NCBI RefSeq assembly: GCF_900289195.1
Contig: NZ_OMOH01000003.1
Location: 90,001-122,000, forward strand
Length of the DNA: 32,000 bases
Direction: 5' to 3'
Origin: Propionibacterium ruminifibrarum
GTDB lineage: Bacteria > Actinomycetota > Actinomycetes > Propionibacteriales > Propionibacteriaceae
This document shows, piece by piece, positions 16,668 through 24,751 of the stretch. The translations under genes and the position numbers were made by a program. The notes beneath the pieces are model-generated. The model saw only the letters and a program-made list of their open reading frames with translations. It had not been told where the DNA came from and searched no databases. Positions within the stretch are counted from its first letter, which is position 1, and the number at the start of each line of letters is the position of its first letter.

Positions 16668-16860
16668 GGCACTTCTCTTTTCCAAGACGACATGGCATGG
16701 GGTGCGGTCGTCATTCGGTGACGTCGGGGGCGGTCACCATCGGGGATGGGGGCCGTGCGCCAATAACACGACTCCCGGAGACGAGCCCATCATGGCACGC
16801 GACACCGACAGGCCGGGCTTGTCTTGGCCAGTGGAAAGGATCGTCCCAACGGCGCGGGGA

Positions 16861-16884
16861 GGCCCGGGTTTCCTGCCCTGGGCC
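16861..16884 (-). terminator. Possible stem-loop terminator after the cutinase-like gene
   Basis: The minus strand reads GGCCCAGGG-caggaaa-CCCGGGCC, an 8 bp stem with one bulge, about 25 nt after the stop at 16909. There is no U-tract. Confidence 0.3.
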
Positions 16885-16908
16885 CTGCTCTCCCGGTCTT
16901 CCGGTGGC

Positions 16909-18120
16909 TCAGTCCTCGGCCTGCTCGTCCCCGCCTTGCCCGGCCCGCCGACGCCGCACGAGAGTCACACCGGTGCCGCCGGCCAGCACCACCGCGACGC
17001 CGAGCGTCGCGAGGATGATGCCCCGGCGCCCAGAATCCGTCGCGGCGGCCTGCTCCTCGGGCGCGGCCAGGTGGGGGAGCCCGGTGAGCTCCGCGGTCAC
17101 CGCGTCGAGCGTGTCCGGCAGGTTCTCCGGGGTGTACGAGCCGTGGTTCGAGCCGCCGTCGGAACGCTCCTCCTTCAGCGTCGTCGAGCGGGTCAGCACG
17201 CGCGACAGCGCATCGGCGGAGTCGCAGACCGGGTCACCGGCCGTGCACACCGACCACGTCCTGGGCGCCGCCTCGCCGGGCACCGCGGCACCCGAGCCGG
17301 ACATCGCCGAGGAGAAGGATGCGGCGTCGACCGTGCCGTCGTACAGGGCGACGACGACCTCGATGAGTCGTTGTACCTGCGCCTGGCGGTCGCCGGTGCT
17401 GCCGGCAAGCTCCGCCTTGAGGTAGTACAGGGCCGCCGTCAGGCCGTAGGAGCGGTTCGAGGCGGTGCCGTCGAGCTCGGTGATGTTCTGCCCGTCGTAG
17501 TGCAGCGGATTGCCGAGCAGCACGGCGCCCAGCAGGTTGCCGTTCAACGCCCCAGAGCCGAGGGCGCGGGTGGCCACCTCGGCGCCCTGGCTGTACCCCA
17601 CGACGAGCAGTTTCTCGTCGGGGCAGCGCTGCGCCTCGGCTCCTGCCAGCCGCTCCAGTTCGGTGGTCCCGGCCTCGACGGAGGCGACGTAGGCCGGTGC
17701 GGCCGACGACTCCTCACCCAGCACCATGTCCTGTACCGATGCCGTGTCGATGTCGTCGAGGGAGACGGCCGGGTAGTCCAGGTACACCTGGGCCAGGTCC
17801 ACGTCCGGCCGCTGCTCGCCGAGCCGTGAGGCCAGCTCCGAACGCACACCGTCCACCATGTCGCCGTACGGCGCCTCCTGGCCCGAGCCGCGGGCGCCGA
17901 CGAGCAGCACCTGCGCGCAGCCCTGGGTGTCGGCGGCGCTGGAGGCCACGGGATCGCCGGACCAGCCGTCGTCGGCCCCGGCCGGCACCGAGGTCAGCGC
18001 GGTGGCGGCGAACAGGGCGGTGGCCGTCGCGGCCGCGGCCCACCTCGGGCCCGCAGTGGTGACCCATCCGGGCATGCGCATGATCAGGGGGCTCCTTCGG
18101 TGAGGTGACGTCATCGTCAT
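16909..18120 (-). CDS. Secreted cutinase-family serine esterase with C-terminal transmembrane anchor
   Basis: Signal-like N-terminus (AAAATATALFAATALTSVPAGA). Cutinase blocks are CAQVLLVGARGSG, CPDEKLLVVGYSQGA (GYSQG nucleophile), CTAGDPVCD (Asp plus disulfide) and NHGSY (His). The C-terminus ends GIILATLGVAVVLAGGTGVTLVRRRR. Confidence 0.8.
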   Translation of the reverse strand: MTMTSPHRRSPLIMRMPGWVTTAGPRWAAAATATALFAATALTSVPAGADDGWSGDPVASSAADTQGCAQVLLVGARGSGQEAPYGDMVDGVRSELASRLGEQRPDVDLAQVYLDYPAVSLDDIDTASVQDMVLGEESSAAPAYVASVEAGTTELERLAGAEAQRCPDEKLLVVGYSQGAEVATRALGSGALNGNLLGAVLLGNPLHYDGQNITELDGTASNRSYGLTAALYYLKAELAGSTGDRQAQVQRLIEVVVALYDGTVDAASFSSAMSGSGAAVPGEAAPRTWSVCTAGDPVCDSADALSRVLTRSTTLKEERSDGGSNHGSYTPENLPDTLDAVTAELTGLPHLAAPEEQAAATDSGRRGIILATLGVAVVLAGGTGVTLVRRRRAGQGGDEQAED

Positions 18121-20675
18121 GATTCCACCTGGCGGCCGGCCGGCCCGTCCAACCTGCCGAAGCCGACGACATGGACGATGAGATCGTCGGCCTCGTCGCA
18201 GGAGTCGAGGTCGATCGTCGCGGTGATCGCCCAGTCATGGTCGCCTTCGGGGTCGGCGATCGTCTGGCGCACCGTCCACAGACGGCCCGTCTCGTCGATC
18301 CGCAGGAACTGTGGGCCACGGGCGTCGGCGCCGGTGCCGATCTCGTCGTGCTCGTCCCAGTAGTCGCCCAGCGCGTCGTCCCAGTCGTTGAAACCGAAGC
18401 TCGCCTCGGGGTCGGACGAGTTGAGCGCCGCCAGGGCCTCGACGTCGTCATCGGCGGCCAGCTGCACGCGGCGGAACATCGCGTTGCGCACCAGCACCGT
18501 GAAGGCGGCCCTGTTCGCCGTCAGTGCCCGGCTCTTCTCGGCCGGTTCGGGCCGTTCGACGCCGAGATCGCCGCCGGCGCCCAGCCGCGCCCACTCGTCG
18601 ATGAGTGAGGAGTCCGTCATCCGGACGACCTGACCGAGCCAGTCGAGGATCTCGTCGAGGGCCGGCGTGCGCGCGGTCAGCGGGACGGTCTGGCGCAGCG
18701 CGCGGTAGGCGTCGGACAGATAGCGCAGCACGGTGCCCTCCGAGCGCTGCACCTTGTAGAAGGCGCAGTACTCGCCGAAGGTCATGGCCCGTTCGTACAT
18801 GTCACGCGCCACAGTCTTGGGGTGCAGCGGGTACTCGGCGAGCCAGGGGCGGGTGGCCGAGAAGGTCTCGAACGCGGCCTCGAGCTCGTCGGCCAGGGGC
18901 TGCGGGTAGCTGATCTCCTCAAGGGCCGCCATGCGCTCGGTGTAGTCCATGCCGTCGGCCTTCATCTCGGCGATCGCCTCGTCGCGCTCCCTGCGCTCCT
19001 GGGCCCGCATGAGGGGCCACGGGTCCTCGAGCGTGGCCTCGATCGTGCTCACCACGTCGAGGGCGTAGTCCTCGGCCGTCGCGTCGAGCAGTTCGAGGGC
19101 GGCCATGGCGAAGGCGCTGAGCGGCTGGTTCAGCGCGAAGTCGTCCTGCAGGTCGGGGTTCAGGTCGTACCAGCGTCCGCCGGGCGTCGGCTCCTCGCGG
19201 CGGACCACGACCCCCGCCGAGATCATCGACCGGCCCAGCTGGGCGGCCCGGCGCAGCAGGCGCCCGCGGATCCTCCGATCGGTGACGCAGGCGTCGACGA
19301 TGTGGACCAGGGCCGCGCCGGTGTCCTCGTCGCGGCTGAGCAGGTTGAGGAGCATCGAACTGGTCACGCGCATCCGGGCGTGGAGCGTCTCGGGCACGGA
19401 CTCGATGAGCTTGGTGAAGCTCGCCTCGGTGTAGTTGACGAAACCCTCCGGCGGTTTCTTCTTCCGGACGCTCTTGAGCTTCTTGGGGTCGTCTGCGAAC
19501 TTCGCGGCGAGGCGCGTGTTCTCGACCTGGTGCTCGGGGGCCTGCGCCACGACGTAGCCGATCGTGTCGAACCCCGCGCGGCCGGCGCGCCCGGCGATCT
19601 GGTGGAACTCGCGGCTGCGCAGGATCCGTTGGCGGCGGCCGTCGAACTTGCTCAGCGAGGTGAACAGCACCGTGTGGATCGGCACGTTGATGCCGACACC
19701 GAGGGTGTCGGTTCCGCAGATGACCTTGAGCAGGCCCTGCTGGGCCAGCTGCTCGACGAGACGACGGTATTTCGGCAGCATGCCGGCGTGGTGCACGCCG
19801 ATGCCGTGCCGCAGCATCGACGAGAGAGTGGCGCCGAAACCGGGTGCGAACCGGAACCCGCCAATGGCGCCTGCGATCTCGTGGCGCTGCTCGGTGGTCA
19901 CGAGCTTGACGCTCATCAGTGCCTGGGCCTGCTCGGTGGCGAGCTTCTGGCCCGAGTGGACGATGTAGACCGGTGACTGGCCGGTGGTGACGAGCTCACT
20001 GATCGTCTCGTGCAGCGGCGTGAGGGCCCAGTGGTAGGTGAGCGGCACCGGGCGTTCCGCGCCCGTGACGACCGAGGTGCTGCGGCCCGACCAGACGGTC
20101 AGGTTCTGCGACAGCTCGGTGACGTCGCCGAGCGTGGCGCTCATGACGACGAACTGGCAGCCGGGCAGCTCGGACAGGCCCACCTGCCAGGCCCAGCCGC
20201 GGTCGGGGTCGGCGATGAAGTGGAACTCGTCCATGACGACCAGGTCGATGTCGGCCTGCGAGCCCTCGCGCAGCGCGATGTTGGCCAGGATCTCGGCCGT
20301 GCAGCAGACGATCGGGGCGTCGGGGTTGACCGAGGCGTCCCCGGTGACCATGCCGACCAGGTCGGCGCCGAAGATCTCGCAGAGCGCGAAAAACTTCTCG
20401 TTGACGAGGGCCTTGATCGGGGCGGTGTAGTAGCTGCGGCCACGCGCGGCGAGCGTGACGAAGTGCGCCGCAGTGGCGATCATCGACTTGCCCGAGCCCG
20501 TCGGCGTGGTGACGATCGCGTTGTCGCCGGCCAGCAGCGCCATGAGCGCCTCGCTCTGGTGCGGGTACAGCGACAGCCCCTGCCCGGCCGCCCAGCGGTC
20601 GAAGGCGTCGAACAGGGCGTCGGGGTCGTGCGCCAGCGGGCCGGTGGGCAGCAGATCGGTCAGTGTCTGGGTCAT
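18117..20675 (-). CDS. Ski2-like DEAD/DEAH-box helicase with long C-terminal domain (DUF3516-type actinobacterial helicase)
   Basis: 852 aa. Motif I TPTGSGKS, Ia TAPIKAL, II MDEFH, III SAT, V TDTLGVGINVP, VI QIAGRAGRAG. The roughly 400-aa C-terminal region is as in the conserved actinobacterial family; the domain name is from memory. Confidence 0.85.
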   Translation of the reverse strand: MTQTLTDLLPTGPLAHDPDALFDAFDRWAAGQGLSLYPHQSEALMALLAGDNAIVTTPTGSGKSMIATAAHFVTLAARGRSYYTAPIKALVNEKFFALCEIFGADLVGMVTGDASVNPDAPIVCCTAEILANIALREGSQADIDLVVMDEFHFIADPDRGWAWQVGLSELPGCQFVVMSATLGDVTELSQNLTVWSGRSTSVVTGAERPVPLTYHWALTPLHETISELVTTGQSPVYIVHSGQKLATEQAQALMSVKLVTTEQRHEIAGAIGGFRFAPGFGATLSSMLRHGIGVHHAGMLPKYRRLVEQLAQQGLLKVICGTDTLGVGINVPIHTVLFTSLSKFDGRRQRILRSREFHQIAGRAGRAGFDTIGYVVAQAPEHQVENTRLAAKFADDPKKLKSVRKKKPPEGFVNYTEASFTKLIESVPETLHARMRVTSSMLLNLLSRDEDTGAALVHIVDACVTDRRIRGRLLRRAAQLGRSMISAGVVVRREEPTPGGRWYDLNPDLQDDFALNQPLSAFAMAALELLDATAEDYALDVVSTIEATLEDPWPLMRAQERRERDEAIAEMKADGMDYTERMAALEEISYPQPLADELEAAFETFSATRPWLAEYPLHPKTVARDMYERAMTFGEYCAFYKVQRSEGTVLRYLSDAYRALRQTVPLTARTPALDEILDWLGQVVRMTDSSLIDEWARLGAGGDLGVERPEPAEKSRALTANRAAFTVLVRNAMFRRVQLAADDDVEALAALNSSDPEASFGFNDWDDALGDYWDEHDEIGTGADARGPQFLRIDETGRLWTVRQTIADPEGDHDWAITATIDLDSCDEADDLIVHVVGFGRLDGPAGRQVES

Positions 20676-20913
20676 CGTGGAGCCAGTCTAGGGGCGCCCG
20701 ACGCACGGGGACGTGCGGTGCCTTGCGCCCTGGGCGCGGTGTCCTCGACGGGGCGCCCCGGTGTACGGGACGGTTGATCCGGGTCGACCGGGTTGCTGCG
20801 ACGACCCAGGACGGGAGCCGGGGCCGTGCCGTCCCTGCCCGCCGGGTGATCCGGCGAGGCCGTGGCATGGTCACGGGGGTCCACTGCACGGCGCTGGGGC
20901 TGGGTGGGATGCC

Positions 20914-20919
20914 TAGAAT
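20914..20919 (+). promoter_or_regulatory. -10 hexamer TAGAAT positioned for a leaderless transcript of the Eda-like gene
   Basis: TAGAAT ends 6 nt before the GTG at 20926 and no Shine-Dalgarno sequence lies between. Leaderless mRNAs are common in Actinobacteria. Confidence 0.4.
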
Positions 20920-20925
20920 CAACCC

Positions 20926-21582
20926 GTGAGCGAGATGACCGAGGCCGGCGAGCAGCCCGGCGCGCCGGCGCCCCTGCCGCGCGAGCTGGAACTGGTCAGG
21001 GCGCTGGTCGTCCTGCCGGACAGGGGTGTCGACAAGCTCATGCCGGTCATCGAGGTGCTCGTCCAGGAGAAACTGGACGTCGTGGCCGTCGAGCTCGGGG
21101 ACGAGGACCTGTCGGCGCTGTTCCCGCTCTACGCGTTCCGCGCCTGCCTGGGTGTCGCCGGGATCACCGGGGCCGGTGATGCGCGCCGCGCGGTCGAACT
21201 GGGTGCGGCGTTCGCCCTGTGTCCCGACCCCGATGACGAGACCCTCGACGTGCTGCGAGCCGGTGGGATCCCGGTGATCTGCGAGGCGCTCACGCCCGGT
21301 GAGGTCCGCGCCGCCTGGCGTCGTGGCGTCGCGGCCGTCGAGGTGCGGCCCGCGGACGTGATGGGTGACCGCTACCCGAAGGCGCTGCCGCCGATGGTGC
21401 CCGGCGTACGTCTCATCGCCAGCGCCCAGGACGTCCCCACGGGTCGCACGTGGCTTAACCAGGGCGCGGTTGCCATTGATGTCACTGATCCGGTTCTCTC
21501 GCGGGTGTTCGTCTCGGGCGATCACGCCTCGCTGCGCAAGCGCGCGGCCGACGCCGTACGGCAGGTGAGCCGACGCCACTAG
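20926..21582 (+). CDS. KDPG/KHG-aldolase (Eda)-fold protein, apparently lacking the catalytic residues
   Basis: 218 aa. It aligns by eye along E. coli Eda (GVAGIT~GAGTV, LGAAFALCPD~AGAQFAISPG, IPVICEALTPGE~IPLIPGISTVSE, VEVRPAD~FKFFPAE). GTG start at 20926; ATG at 20935 is an alternative. Confidence 0.6.
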   Translation: MSEMTEAGEQPGAPAPLPRELELVRALVVLPDRGVDKLMPVIEVLVQEKLDVVAVELGDEDLSALFPLYAFRACLGVAGITGAGDARRAVELGAAFALCPDPDDETLDVLRAGGIPVICEALTPGEVRAAWRRGVAAVEVRPADVMGDRYPKALPPMVPGVRLIASAQDVPTGRTWLNQGAVAIDVTDPVLSRVFVSGDHASLRKRAADAVRQVSRRH

Positions 21583-21593
21583 GGGTGAAACCA

Positions 21594-21719
21594 CTCAGGG
21601 AGGCCTCAGGGAACCCTGGTTCTCTCAGGAACGCCACGCAGTTCCCCGGCGTTGCTCCTGAGAGACCGCCTGCTGATTCTGAGATTCTCGGCCGCCGAAG
21701 TTGAAGTTTTCTCAGGAAG
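21594..21719 (+). promoter_or_regulatory. Structured 5' leader of the NlpC/P60 gene: four direct CTCAGG(G/A)A repeats, one inverted copy, and a 15-bp bulged stem
   Basis: CTCAGG occurs at 21594, 21605, 21624 and 21711. TCTCTCAGGAACGCC (21621-35) pairs with GGCGT..TCCTGAGAGA (21648-65). The last repeat contains the RBS AGGAAG (21714-19), 6 nt before the ATG at 21726. Confidence 0.5.
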
Positions 21720-21725
21720 TCACAT

Positions 21726-22742
21726 ATGGTGGGACGCGTCCGGTGCTCAAGCACTGATCATTCCCTGACCATCACAGAGAACGAGGAAGCCGTGACCGCA
21801 CGCCGAGCTCTGCTGAACGACGACACCATCGAGGTCGTCGAGACTGCTGAACCCGCTGCCACCCCCCGTCGCGCCATGATGCCGGCCCTGGCCGACATGG
21901 CCGTCGAGTCCGCCAGCTCGCGGGACGTCACCACCCTGCACGTCGTCGGTGGCTCCAAGGCCGCCCCGACCAAGAGCCGCCGCCGTTTCGCCGCCCCGGT
22001 CACCGCCGTGGCCGCCGCCTCGGCCATCGGCGTCATCTCAACGCTCGTCCCCGCCGCCGCGGTGACGAACCCCTCCGTCCAGTCCGGCGCGTCCTCGGTC
22101 GATGACGGCACCGTCTTCCAGGCCAACGCCCTCGCCGCAGTCGAGGCGAACAGGAACGCCGACGAAGCCCTCAACGGCAACATCGACGCCCTGGCCGCCG
22201 CGTCAGACGAGGCCAACTCCGCCTTCGCCAACGCCGGCGCCAATGCCGCGGCCGCAGAGCAGAAGAAGCAGGAGGAGGCCGAGAAGGCCGCCGCCGCTGC
22301 TCTCGCCGACCAGGAGGCCGCGGATGCGAACGCCGCCGCGAGCACCACGAGCAGTGAGGCTGGTTCCTCCGCCCCGTCGGTCACCGCCTCCAGCGCCGCC
22401 GCTCAGGCCGCCGTCGACTTCGCCCTGGCCCAGCTCGGCAAGCCCTACGTGTACGGCGCCACCGGCCCCGACGGCTACGACTGCTCCGGCCTCATGATGG
22501 CAGCCTATGCGGCCGCCGGCGTCTCGATCCCCCGCACCAGCCAGGCGCAGATGGCCGGTCTCACCTCGGTGTCCCTCAGCAGCCTGCAGCCCGGTGATCT
22601 CGTCTTCTTCTACGGCGGCAGCCACGTCGGCATGTACATCGGCAACGGTCAGGTCGTCCATGCCCCCACCGAGGGCGATGTCGTCAAGATCGCCGACATG
22701 AACTCCATGGGCCCCACCAGCGCGGCCCGCGTCGCAGGATGA
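21726..22742 (+). CDS. NlpC/P60 (C40) peptidoglycan endopeptidase with Ala-rich coiled-coil-like linker
   Basis: The C-terminal domain is [38 protein letters not shown]...[25 protein letters not shown], carrying the Cys and His catalytic residues. There is a TM/signal segment around residues 85-110. The start is moderately uncertain. Confidence 0.88.
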   Translation: MVGRVRCSSTDHSLTITENEEAVTARRALLNDDTIEVVETAEPAATPRRAMMPALADMAVESASSRDVTTLHVVGGSKAAPTKSRRRFAAPVTAVAAASAIGVISTLVPAAAVTNPSVQSGASSVDDGTVFQANALAAVEANRNADEALNGNIDALAAASDEANSAFANAGANAAAAEQKKQEEAEKAAAAALADQEAADANAAASTTSSEAGSSAPSVTASSAAAQAAVDFALAQLGKPYVYGATGPDGYDCSGLMMAAYAAAGVSIPRTSQAQMAGLTSVSLSSLQPGDLVFFYGGSHVGMYIGNGQVVHAPTEGDVVKIADMNSMGPTSAARVAG

Positions 22743-22812
22743 CCGCGCGGAAAACCTCGGCGATGTCCGCAGCCCCGGCTGCGGACCTTGCCGTTAACAC
22801 AGCTCCGCGCCG

Positions 22813-22818
22813 TAGGCT
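22813..22818 (+). promoter_or_regulatory. -10-like hexamer TAGGCT positioned for leaderless pgi
   Basis: TAGGCT (TANNNT) ends 7 nt before the ATG at 22826. There is no SD sequence. Confidence 0.3.
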
Positions 22819-22825
22819 GAGCCCC

Positions 22826-24505
<1,680 letters not shown>

Positions 24506-24517
24506 CCGGATTTCGTG

Positions 24518-24557
24518 GTGGAGGGAGCCGCGCCGTGACTGGTGCGGCTCCCTCCAC
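24518..24557 (+). terminator. Stem-loop terminator after pgi
   Basis: GTGGAGGGAGCCGC (24518-31) pairs perfectly with GCGGCTCCCTCCAC (24544-57), a 14-bp stem with a 12-nt loop, 13 nt after the stop. There is no U-tract, as is common in high-GC actinobacteria. Confidence 0.65.
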
Positions 24558-24703
24558 GTCCGGCCCCGAGTTGACCCCGACGCCGACCCCCTCAACACCC
24601 TGACTGAACCCTGGTTTTTGACCGGCTGAACGGCTCTTGCCTGTAAAAATACGGACCCGGTTGGTCCGCAACATTCGGTCTGGTTTATCGTCTGGCTTAG
24701 GAA

Positions 24704-24714
24704 CGGTCTGACCG
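24704..24714. promoter_or_regulatory. Palindrome CGGTC-T-GACCG (GntR/FadR-type operator-like) upstream of the FAD/Fe-S dehydrogenase gene
   Basis: It matches the generic GntR-family core GT-N3-AC inside a 5+5 inverted repeat, 38 bp upstream of the ATG at 24752. Related half-sites GGTCTGG and CGTCTGG lie at 24677-24696. Confidence 0.35.
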
Positions 24715-24751
24715 GTGTCAACGTAGACCCGGCCTTCTGTGAGGAGGCAAG

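Noticed and set aside
16096-16698. An N-terminal 201-aa extension of the GT2 ORF (track ORF 14572..16698).
   Set aside because: The extension is Arg/Pro-rich and non-hydrophobic. It overlaps, in another frame, a much more plausible membrane-protein ORF (16077..16667). The GT2 homology starts only after the ATG at 16095.
16930-17040. An LPXTG sortase signal in the cutinase-like protein's C-terminus.
   Set aside because: The sequence before the hydrophobic helix reads ELTGLPHLAAPEEQAAATDSGRRG. No LPXTG or LAXTG pentapeptide sits at the proper distance, so it is treated as a simple TM anchor.
14614-17829. A 1071-aa plus-strand ORF, plus other very long ORFs antisense to annotated genes (7022..8788-, 8625..10151-, 9940..11586-, 10871..12712-, 22835..24721-, 24953..27529-, 27739..30051-, 2965..4083-, 894..2453+, 19996..21594-).
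   Set aside because: Their translations are Arg/Gly/Pro/Ala/His-rich low-complexity strings with no recognisable motifs. Each lies opposite or out of frame to a gene with strong family signatures. Long stop-free antisense frames are expected at about 70% GC.
21583-21725. A ydaO/c-di-AMP riboswitch upstream of the NlpC/P60 gene.
   Set aside because: The gene context fits and GGGGTGAAAC (21582-91) resembles one conserved block. However, I could not find the other hallmark segments in the right order, namely the CAGCUAACC-type 3' element and the ACGGGGA..CC or CCGAAUCC blocks. It is kept only as an unclassified structured leader.
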